Assembly: GCA_951406725.2 (NCBI GenBank)
Contig: OX597815.1
Span: 68,634,001-68,698,000 of the forward strand
Direction: 5' to 3'
DNA length: 64,000 bases
Source of the DNA: Octopus vulgaris
Taxonomy: Eukaryota
In this document: one piece after another, positions 53,506-64,000 of the stretch
How positions within the stretch are numbered: the first letter of the stretch is position 1
Layout of the letters: each line of letters begins with the position of its first letter
Notes under the pieces: generated by a model
Told to the model about the DNA's origin: nothing
Databases searched by the model: none
The model's input: the letters and a program-made list of their open reading frames with translations, nothing else
Position numbers and translations under genes: made by a program

Positions 53506-56352
53506 ATCATCATCATCATCATCATTTAGCGTCCGCTTTCCATGCTAGCATGGGTTGGACGGTTTAACTGGGGTCTGTGAAGCCGGAAGGCTTCATCAGG
53601 CCCAGTCAGATTTGGCAGTGTTTCTACGGCTGGATGCCCTTCCTAACGCCAACCACTCCGCGAGTGTAGTGGGTGTTTTTTACGTGCCACCTGCACAGGT
53701 GCCAGACAGAGCTGGCGAACGGCCACGAACGGATGGTGTTTTTACGTGTCACCGGCACGGGGCCAGGCAGAGCTGGCAAACGGCCACGAACGGATGGTGC
53801 TTTTACGTGTCACTTGCACGGGGGCCAGCCGAGGCTGGCTACGAACACGAACGTATGGTGCTTTTACGTGCCACCGACACGGGGCCAGACAGAGCTGGCA
53901 AACGGCCACGAACGGACGGTGCTTTTACGTGTCACCTGCACGGGGGCCAGCCGAGGCTGGCAACGAACACGAACGGATGGTGCTTTTACGTGCCACTGAC
54001 ACGGGGCCAGACAGAGCTGGCAAACGGCCACGAACGGATGGTGCTTTTACGTGTCACCGGCACGGGGGCCAGCTGACGCTGGCAACGGACACGAACGGAC
54101 GGTGCTTTTATGTGCCACCGACACGGGGCCAGACGGAGCTGGCAAACGGCCACGAACGGACGGTGCTTTTACGTGTCACCGGCACGGGGCCAGGCGAGGC
54201 TGGCAACGAACACGAACGGATGGTGCTTTTACGTGCCACCGACACGGGGGCCAGACAGAGCTGGCAAACGGCCACGAGCGAATGGTGGTTTTACGTATCA
54301 CCGACACGGGTGCCAGACGAGGCTGACAGTGGACACGAACAGATGGGTCACTTAACCCCTGCTTTCTGATATATGATTTGATTTTGATTGTTCTCACTGG
54401 TCTTGCCGGGTCTTCTGACGCACAGCATACTTCCATAGGTCTCGGTCTCTGGTCATTTCCTTGGTGAGACCTAGAGTTCGAAGGTCGTGCTTCACCACCT
54501 CGACCCAGGTTTTCCTGGGTCTACCTCTTCCACGGGTCCCCTCAACTGCCAGGGTGTGGCACTTTTTCACACACCTATCTTCATCCATTCTCGCCACATG
54601 ACCATACCAGCGCAATCGTCTCTCTTGCACACAACATCTGATGCCTCTTAGGTCCAACTTTTCTCTCAAGGTACTTACACTCTGTCGACTATGAACACTG
54701 ACATTACACATCCAACGGAGCATACTAGCTTCATTTCTCGCGAGCTTACGCATGTCCTCAGCAGTCACGGCCCATGTTTCACTGCCATGTAGCATGGCTG
54801 TTCGTACACATGCATCATACAGTCTGCCTTTTACTCTGAGCGAGAGGCCTTTAGTCACCAACAGAGGTAAGAGCTCCCTAAACTTTGCCCAGGCTATTCT
54901 TACTCTAGCCGTTACACTTTCAGCACACCCACCCCCACTACTGACTTGGTCACCAAGATAACGGAAGCTATCAACTACTTCTAGTTTTTCCCCCTGGAAA
55001 GTGACGGAAGTTGTTTTCTGCAGATTTTCAGAGGTTAATGCTCCTGAGCATCTGCCACATACAAAAACCATCTTCCTAGTTAGCCTTCCTATGACATTGC
55101 TGCACCTCTTATGTGTCCATAGCTTACACTTGGTGCATCTTATAGAGTTTCTACCTACACCTTTTCTACAGATCGAGCAGGGCCATCTACCTGAAGGCGT
55201 TTGTGATTTGTCTACCTTCCTACTTATTATGACTTTGGTTTTAGCTAGGTTGACTCTAAGGCCCTTCGATTCTAAACCATGCTTCCACACCTGAAACTTC
55301 TTCTCCAGTTCTGATAATGACTCAGCAATTAGAGCAAGGTCATCAGCATAGAGGAGCTCCCAGGGGCATCCTGTCTTGAATTCCTCCGTTATTGCCTGGA
55401 GGACTATGATAAATAGGAGGGGGCTGAGGACTGAACCTTGGTGGACCCCTACCTCTACCCGGAATTCTTCACTGTACTCATTGCCAACCCTCACCTTACT
55501 AGCAGCATCCCTGTACATGGCTTGCACAGCTCTCACTAACCATTCATCTATTCCTAGTTTCCTCATTGACCACCAGATGAGGGATCGGGGGACCCTGTCG
55601 AAGGCTTTCTCCATCTTTGGCTAGGTATTTCTCCTGCAGCTGCCTTACCAGGAATATAGCATCAGTGGTACTTTTCCCTGGCACGAACCCAAACTGCATC
55701 TCATCTAAACTAACTCTCTCTCTAATTAGTTGGCTTATGACCTTCTCTGTAACCTTCATCACCTGATCCAACAGCTTGATACCTCTGTAGTTATTTGTAT
55801 CTAGGGCATCACCTTTACCTTTGTAGCAGTTGATTATTATGCTGCTACACCAGTCATTGGGTATGACTCCTTCATGTATCACCTGATTAACTATACAGGT
55901 GACTAGGCTATAGCCGACACTACCAGATATTTTGAGCATCTCTGCAGTGATACCTGATGGGCCTGGGGCTTTCCCTGTCTTCATGCTTCTAATTGCCTTA
56001 GCTACCATGGAACTATCAACCCTGATAGCTGGTCCCTCTGTTGGGTCAACATTCGGCAGACTCTCTTTATCCCATTCATTTTCTTTATTCAGCAACCTTT
56101 CATAGTGGCGTCTCCAAGCCTCTCTCTTTGCATCCTCGTTTAGCGCAAGTGAACCATCTTCCATGCGAACACACTTCTCTCCTACCACATCACAATTCTC
56201 TCTCACACACTGTCTTGCAACGCGAAACACCTCCAGTCTTTGGTCCTCATGGCGCAGAACATTGGCAAATTTTTTCTTATCTGCTTCCCCTCTGGCTAGA
56301 TAGACCTGTCTCCTAGCTTCCCTTTTAGCAGTCTGATACAATTCCCTGCTAC

Positions 56353-56355
<3 letters not shown>
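53506..56355 (-). mobile_element. 5'-truncated RTE-clade LINE (copy 2)
   Basis: RT ORFs 55544-56341 and 54394-55614 are split by a ~29-nt frameshifting deletion of KPLYLAFVD; (GAT)n tail; flanked by (TA)n. Confidence 0.97.
53675..54345 (-). repeat. 11-unit ~61-bp tandem array with A/B alternation in RTE 3' UTR
   Basis: gccagN6ctggc at ~53701, 53762, 53824, 53884, 53946, 54006, 54068, 54128, 54189, 54250, 54312. Confidence 0.95.
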
Positions 56356-56437
<82 letters not shown>

Positions 56438-57916
56438 CGAGAAGAAAATGGAGGAAAAATAACAAACAGAAGTGTGTCTTTTGCACTAGCAAGCCATTAT
56501 TTAATTAGTAAATAAAGATGAGAGTGAAGGTGGTTACAACCGTATACACACACACACACACACACACACATTAATTCAGGCCAGCTCAAACCCATGCCAG
56601 CAGGGAGAGCAGATGCTAAATGATGATAATGGTTTTATATATATATATATATATATATATAACCAAGTCAGCTTCAGCATGGTTTCTACAGCTGTACATA
56701 ATATAATAGGGAAATGTATAAAGTACTGAACCAATTTCCAGTTCAGAAATCTCTATGAGTATTTTGCAGTCTTTGGGTAGGACTCTTTATTTCTACCTTC
56801 TCTAATTCTTCAAGTTCCAGAAAATAGATGCTAGAACTTCTGGGAATGATTATTTATGATTGACTTGAACCTGGGTCAAGAGTAAATTTACTCTCATAGT
56901 CATTTCATGCTATAGATAGCCACGATTAAGCTATGGACCCTGTGAACTCCTTGCAATTTTGAGATACTAAATTAACATACAATAAATATTATGTAAAATA
57001 TATAAACAAGCAGTAAATATAAGTATGAAAAGATTCCAAATCATGCCAAAATAAAAACATACATAGATACATATATGTGTGTGTGTGAGAGAGAGAAAAA
57101 TATGTAAGAAAAATATATAAAATCTAGGAAAAATAACCTTATTTTTATAAATGAATTCCAAAATAAAATAAAACAAAATAAAAATAAATTAAATAATGTG
57201 AAAAACTTCAAAGACTGTTTATATCCCTAATGTTGTGATGCTCAAGAATTGCCATATTCCAAACAGTTCAAGCCAAACAAAAATTGAAAAAGATATAGTT
57301 CTATTTGTTCTTTGCTATGGCTCATTTCTTCACCCACAATCATCATCTTTTAATGTCTATATTCCATGCTGGCATGGGCTGGATGACTGTATCAGGCTCC
57401 AATGTTTGCTTTAGCATGTTTTCTACAACTTGGTGCCCTCCTGAAAGCCAACCATTTTACAGTATGCACCAGGCGCATCTTTCATGGAACCAGTAGCAGT
57501 GGAGTCAACATGCACAAAGCATAACAACAGTCACAACTGAGCAAGTAACAGCACATAGTAAAAAGCCAACAGTTGATAGTTCAAGGGTTGGTTTAACTGA
57601 TTCACGTTTTGTTATACATTGTGTATGGTAAAAGCATTTGAGTTTGTCTGTCACACAGCCCATTGCAATAAAAATAGATGCCAAGAAGAAGTATAGCTCA
57701 TTGTTGTCTGTAGGCGTAAGCTTAACTGTGTGGTTACAATGTTTGATTCCCAACCACATGGTTTTAGATTCAGTCCCACTGTGCAGTACTTTAGAAAAGT
57801 ATCTCCTACAAAAGCCAAACAAAACCTTGTGAGTGGATTTGATATAGAGAAACTAAAACAAACTCCATTATGTAATTGTGCGTGTATGTGTGTGTGTGCA
57901 TGCGTGTGTGTGTCTA

Positions 57917-58330
57917 TCATCATCATCATCATTTAACATCCACTTTTCCATGCTTGCATGGGTCAGATGGAATTTGTTGAAGCAGATTTTGTGGTTGGAT
58001 GTCCTTCCTGCTACCAACCTTCACCTGTTTCTAAGCAAGGTGGTATTTTACAAAACAAGGCACGTTTTTCACAGACGAATGGAAACGAATAACATCACTT
58101 ATATGACAGTAGTAATGTTTGTGTTTACAACCATCACTTAGTGTCAAAAGAAAGGGACACAGACATGCACAGGCACAAACACAACAGGTTTCTTTCAGCT
58201 TTTGTCTATCAAATTCACACATAAGGCCTTTATTGGCCTGGGCAACAGTAGAAGACACTTGCTCAAGATGTTGTACAGTGGGATTGAACCTGGGAATACA
58301 TGGCTTGAAAGCAAACTGCTGAACTACTCC
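57917..58330 (-). mobile_element. CORE-type SINE with RTE-like tail
   Basis: CORE head at 58185-58330; tail acccatgcaagcatggaaaagtggatgttaaatgatgatg. Confidence 0.75.
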
Positions 58331-59179
58331 CTTGATTTGACATTTTGCGCACTGAGTGTAAGTAAAGTTACCATTCATACAAAACACTGCCTAGTTTGCA
58401 ATCTACTCCGAAAACATGTCTAGCTAGTGAGCTTTTTGCATTTGAAAAGCTAGAAGAAATATTACCTTGCTTGGAAACAGATGAAGATTAGTGACTAGAA
58501 GAGCATTTGGCTAGAGAAAATCAGTCTCAATGAATTTCATCCAATCTAATGGACATTAAAGCAATGATGATGAAGATGAAGTGCATACATTGTATAATCA
58601 ACAAGTGCCTCATTACATTTCAGTTACGGATTTTAAAAAAAAGCATCAGATATTGAAAGGATATGAATAACTACTAACAATATTATCATCACCCAAGACG
58701 TGCCAAAAAAGGCATCGCATCTGGACTTATGGGGAGACTGAAACTAAAGCTAGATGTTCAGTGAGCTGCAATGGATGCATTGCTATCATTGCAATGTGTT
58801 TGTTCCTAAACAAAGAACATATATCAATCAGATTATCTCCTTTCGCCTACATGACTGAAAAGTTCCACTCATTTTAGAGTTGTGTCATTAGCAGTGGGAA
58901 GGCTAATCACCTAGAAACACTTGCTCCAACAGTGTGAAAAAATACAAATTTCAAAATTTGCAAGTATTGTAACATGGATAAATAGATGTAAAGCACTAAA
59001 ATAAAATCTGATAGAAGCACCAACAGGAGAGCCTTAAATAAATTGATTGAAATGTCTTGTGAAATTAAAAATCAATGAAGATATAAACAGTTTGAAAAGT
59101 TTTTTCCATTAAAAAGGAAGTTCAAGTGAAAATATAAAAAAAAAAAAAATACACTGAAAAATACAAAATCAAAACTTAC

Positions 59180-60156
59180 CATCCTGTGCAGCAAGTAGAT
59201 TAGGATTGTTGATGCTCGGAGCAGTTTTGTATTGGTTTTCAAGTAAAATATTGTTATTTTTAAGTATGTCCAATAAACCAGTTTTAGGTTCCTTAGATTC
59301 TATTTTAGGTTGATTGATAATAAAATTGTCATTAAATGCAGCTCCAGCAGGCATGCCATTGATATGGGAGGGTTCTGTAGGAGTGAGCTTGCCGCCAGCA
59401 ACGTCCTGTTCTTTCAACTTTTCAGCCATACCAATTACACCATCTAGACCGTTACCAACACCATCACCACCTTCATTATTATTATTGAGAAGAGGAACAA
59501 CAGGTCCCAGATTTCCTATAGCAGCATCATTGTTCTGTGGCAGAATAATTTTTGGATCTCCAGCGCCAACATCTTGATTGACTGGAGCACCACCATCATT
59601 ATTGATGGCAGGAGGGACAACAGCTCCTTGATTTCCACCAGCAACATCGTTATTGGCAGGAGGAACACCAGCTCCTGGATTTTCACCAGCAATATCATTA
59701 TTAACAGGAGGGACAACAGCTCCTGGGTTTCCAGCAGGAACATCGTTATTGGGAGGAAGAGCACCAGCTCCTGGATTTCCACCAACTGCATTATCGGCAG
59801 GAAGGACAACAGCTCCTGGATTTCCACTAACAACATTGTTATTGGTAGGAGGAACAGCAGCTCCTGGATTTCCACCAGCAACATCTTTATTAATAGGAGG
59901 AGCACCAGCTGCTTGATTTTCAACCCCACCTGCTTTATTATCATTAGAGTTGGGAGCAGCAATTACTTCCTTGTTATTGGTACCCTGATTAACATTGTTT
60001 GCAGAATTCATACCTAAAATAGTATTACCTCCAGCTGCTCCTGCATTTTGGCCAGTTTCAGCTGGAACTGCAGCCTGATTACCAGCAGGTTGAGAAACAG
60101 ACATATTCTTTGATGGCAGATTTGGTTGAGCTTCATTATTTTGCATCTGGCTATTC
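59180..60156 (-). CDS. 977-nt internal exon, low-complexity Gly/Asn/Ala/Pro region with ~6-7 repeats of 15-16 aa (NNDVAGGNPGAVVPP)
   Basis: 325-codon open frame; acceptor ttttttcctcctcactag, donor GATG|gtaagt; phase 2->1. Confidence 0.9.
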
Positions 60157-60591
60157 CTAGTGAGGAGGAAAAAAAGAAAAAAATACAGAAAATGTTATAT
60201 TAATCTTTTCAAATATTCAATAAATTAATCTCAAAATTTTTATAGCCAAACCTACCCAAGACTGCCCTTTCTTACCTACTTACTGTATCATAATACAAAA
60301 CCTCATTCTGAAGTATTCATATGTAAATTAGACCCTTCTGTTATAATTTTCTGCAATATTAAAGTTTTGATTGAAATGCAATTGTATTAATGGAAACAAA
60401 AGGACCAATTTTACAAAATCTCTCCAAATTCTTGATTATTTCCCAAATTGATTGAAACACACCGTGTTTACATTAGAAATACAGTAAATGAAAGAGTTAA
60501 ATTGAATTTTTTACAACCAGATTTCGAATAGTAATGGATGTTACCATTCAAGTTACACTTTCACTAAACTCATGACTCTCTTCATAGATCT

Positions 60592-61097
60592 TAAACCTTT
60601 TGTAACCATTTAATTTTGGCAATAATAAAGAATTTGGTAAAATAATTTTTCATTTCAGTAAAAGTAGTTCTGTTTACTTTCTAACTTAACCCTTTAACAT
60701 TCAGATTACTCTAACAAATGTAATATTTATTTATGTTTTGAATTAACCATGCATCATCTCATAGCCTTGAAATTTTAGTGGTGACACATAAAAGGAACCC
60801 ACTACACTCTGCAGAGTGGGAAGGGCATCCAGCAGTAGAGACCAAGACAAAACAGACTAGAGTCTGCTGCAGCTTGCTGGCTTACCAGTTACAATCAAAC
60901 CTGCTAACCCATACCAACATGGAAAACGGATACTAAATGATGATGATGATGATCATCATCATCATGAAGCTGATGTTTGGAACATAAATTAACATGAAAT
61001 TTTGATGGGAGGTTTTCATTTAAACCACTTTAAAAGAGAAAATATGTATCACTGAAATAAGGGTGTGCTTAGCACTAGTTGGTGTCAAAGGGATTAA
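60592..61097 (-). mobile_element. MITE A / MITE B / RTE-tail nest
   Basis: MITE B end ttaaccctttaacattcagattac at ~60687, RTE 3' module 60780-60950, MITE A remainder to aaagggattaa. Confidence 0.65.
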
Positions 61098-61955
61098 ATA
61101 TGTTACTATAAGTGCCTATTGAGTGCCAAAGCATTCTTAGTTTCATGCCTAACAGAGTTTGGTTTCCAGCTTCTATGTTTGGAGTTGAAATTGCAAAGAC
61201 TGACTTGAATTTTTTAATTCTTGAAGTTCAATAAATTACATATCAAGAATGTATTGACCTAATTTAATTAAGTTTAAGTAGTGGCAAACATGATCATGAT
61301 CATCGTTATCATCATTTGACACCTGTGTTCTATGCTAACATGGGCTGGGCGGTTCAACAGGATTTGATGAACCAGAGGAGTGCATTGAGCTCAAATATGT
61401 TTTGGCACACTTTTTCTATAGTTGGATGCCTTTCCTAATGCTAACCACATTAAAAAGTAGACTGGGTACTATTTTTTTCATGGCACCAGACCTTGCTTTA
61501 TTCAGTAAGTGAATATATTCATGTCTGCCTCTGTGTTTATAAATATCAGTATTTTATTGCAGTATAATGGTCTTGCATCCTTTGAGGTCAATATAAAAAA
61601 AAGGGATCAACCCAGGGCAGTAAGCCAGCAGAAAATCTTCAATGAAATGCTAGCAATTAGGGCTAAATTTTTAACAATAACTTTTAAATGTCATTATTCC
61701 TATTGAATTTAGGGTAATGAGCTCACAGATTCATAACAGCATCAGTAAAAGTACTTTGCAGCATTTATTCTGATTATTTACATTCCAAGCTCAAATCTAA
61801 CCCAAGTCAACATCGCCTCAAATCCATCTGGGATCAATAAAATAAAATACCAGTTAAGTACTGGGATTAACAGCATCAACTTTCCTCATGCCCTCAAAAC
61901 TGCTGGTTTTTTATGTCTAAATCAGAACACACTTATTTTGTATTATATGAATATA

Positions 61956-62178
61956 TTAGGGCGGCAAGCTGGCAGAATGGTTAGCATATCAGGTGAAATG
62001 CTTAGCAGTATTTCGTCTGCTGTTACGTTCTGAGTTCAAATTCCGCCAAGGTTGACTTTGTCTTTCATTTTTTGGAGTCAATTAAATAAGTATCATTTTT
62101 GCACTGGGGTTGATGTACTCGAACTTTGTCCTTATTTGTCCCCTCTATGTTTAGCCCCCTGTGGGCAATAAAGAAATA
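61956..62178 (+). mobile_element. tRNA-derived SINE family A, full length
   Basis: tggcagaatgg A box, gagttcaaatt B box; 14-bp TSD attatatgaatata (61942-61955 / 62179-62192). Confidence 0.9.
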
Positions 62179-62658
62179 ATTATATGAATATAGTTTTCAT
62201 GAGATACAAACAAACAGGAAAGGTGAAGGAGCAAGAATTCTGAAACAATTTGCATTTAGTTTCTTATAGTATAGCTAAATAATAATTGCTTTAGATTAAT
62301 ACAGAAGAAACCAATCAAAGGCTAGCCAATACAAACAATTTTCAGAACCAAATATTGATAGGTGTAATTTCTTTGGTTTTTTTTTTGGTTTTTTTAGATG
62401 TGGTTATAATTTTTTAAATCAGCAATATAAGGATCTGATTTCTCAGAAAGAAATTTCGATAGAATTTGGAATTCAGACAATTTCCCACCAACTGTTTTCC
62501 GGTGCAGTCATATAGTGTGAATACACACACATATATACACAGATATATTTTATACACACATCAGATCCTGTCAAACTGCCCAACTTATGCCAACATGGAA
62601 GACAGGCATTAAATGATGATGAGAAGGCAGATATGTACATACATGCACACAATATATA

Positions 62659-63115
62659 CAGGGTTATTCAAAAAGAAAGAGCAGGTTTCAGATTTATTTT
62701 TAAAACAAACGGTAAGAGACAAACACATTCTACATATTTCTTGATAGGGGAAGGTTTAACACGATCAATTGAATAAAATAATATTTTAATTTTGCTTTAA
62801 TGTTTCATTTTGTTCATTTTATTTAAAGTTGTATAGTTTTCATTTGTGTAATCGCTTAGAAAATGGCAACGCCACAAGAAAAGTCTTTTTGCGTGCTGCA
62901 GTTTGAGAAATGCGAATCAATTGTGCAAGTGCAAAGTGAATTTCACCGCCAATTCAATAAGAATCCACCTCATCACAAGCAAATTTATGAAAGGCATAAA
63001 AATTTCACAGAAAAGGGTTTCGATGTTTTGATGTTTATCGAGCAACACATGGTGCTCATGTTGAATGCATACTACCTTAAAATAAACTTTAAACCTTCCC
63101 CTACCAAGAAATATG
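62659..63115 (+). mobile_element. Internally deleted mariner-like element (N-terminal HTH, DUF4817-type)
   Basis: TA-cagggttattcaaaa TIR; MATPQEKSFCVLQFEKCESIVQVQ...; C-terminal RATHGAHVE motif in another frame. Confidence 0.75.
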
Positions 63116-63122
63116 TAGAACG

Positions 63123-64000
63123 TGATGACCTTGCTCTAATTGCTGAGTCACTATCAGAACTAGAGGAGAAGTTTCAGGTGTTGAAGCGAGGATTAAAATC
63201 TAAAACCAAAATCCTCATAAGTAGGAAGGTAGACAAACCACAAACCCCTTCAGGTAGATGACTCTGCTCGATCTGCAGAAAAGGCGTAGGTAGAAACTCT
63301 ATAAGATGTACCCAGTGTAAGCTATGGACACATAACAGGTGCAGCAATATCAAAGGAAGGCTAACTGGGAAGATAGTTTTTGTATGTGGCAGATGCTCAG
63401 GAGCAATAAACAGTGAAAATGTGCAGAGAACAACTTCCGCCACATTCCAGGGAGAAAAACTAGAAATAGTTGATAGCTTCCGTTACCTAGGTGACCAAGT
63501 CAGTAGTGTGGGCGGGTGTGCTGAAAGTGTAACTGTTAGAATAAGAATAGCCTGGGCAAAGTTCAGAGAGCTCTTAACTCTGCTGGTGACAAAGGGCTTC
63601 TTGCTCAGAGTAAAAGGCAGACTGTATGATGCATGTGTGCAAACAGCCATGCTACATGGCAGTGAAACATGGGCCGTGACTGCTGAGGATATGCGTAAGC
63701 TCGCAAAGAATGAAGCCAGTATGCTCCGATGGATGAGTAATGTCAGTGTACATACTCGACAGAGTGTAAGTTCCTTGAGTGGACCTAAGAAGCATCAGTT
63801 GTGGTATGCAAGAGAGATGACTGTGCTTGTATGGTTATGTGGCAAGAATGGATGAAGATAGCTGTGTGAAAAAGTGCCACACCCTGGCACTTGAGGGAAC
63901 CTGTGGAAGAGGTCGACCCAGGTAAACCTGGGACAAGGTGGTGAAGCATGACCTTCGAACATTAGGCCTCACTGAGGCAATGACTAGTGACCGAGATCTT
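63123..64000 (+). mobile_element. 5'-truncated RTE-clade LINE (copy 3), running off the window
   Basis: DDLALIAESLSELEEKF, PHD-like cysteines, FRYLGDQ; stops and frameshifts. Confidence 0.95.

Noticed and set aside
53555-54369. Repetitive ORFs and CRISPR-like appearance of the array next to an RT
   Set aside because: The units are whole tandem repeats without unique spacers, there are no cas genes, and the context is a eukaryotic LINE UTR; the ORFs are antisense by-products
59314-60017. Overlapping alternative and antisense ORFs
   Set aside because: Shadows of the repetitive minus-strand exon
61956-62050. tRNA gene
   Set aside because: The A/B boxes belong to a SINE head with TSD and many copies; no full cloverleaf
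62863-63261. 132-aa HTH-RT fusion ORF
   Set aside because: Chance junction of a deleted mariner and a 5'-truncated RTE; it ends at a decay stop

Overview
Eukaryotic (metazoan), AT-rich genomic DNA dense in microsatellites and transposons. The repeat families look like those of coleoid cephalopods (probably Octopus); this is recognition, not a database result. The main host feature is the 3' part of a minus-strand intron-rich gene. Its phase-consistent exons are a 977-nt exon with 15-16-aa Gly/Asn/Pro repeats (59180-60156), a tandemly duplicated 291-nt phase-1 exon (34646-34936 and 30577-30867), a possible 57-nt exon, a 35-nt exon and a terminal exon ending at 26559. The product is not identified. 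There are three copies of a young RTE-clade LINE (15009-18663 +, 53506-56355 -, 63123-end +). All three carry a C4HC3 PHD-type finger inside the RT region. The two copies whose 3' UTR lies in the window have a variable-number array of ~61-bp hairpin units (4 vs 11 units). The rest is tRNA/CORE SINEs, solo RTE 3' modules, piggyBac-, Tc1/mariner-, hAT- and Merlin-like MITEs, Helitron/Helentron, R4, CR1-like and Gypsy relics, and decayed hammerhead-like motifs. Most ORFs in the supplied track are microsatellite or antisense artefacts. Boundaries of old repeats are approximate.
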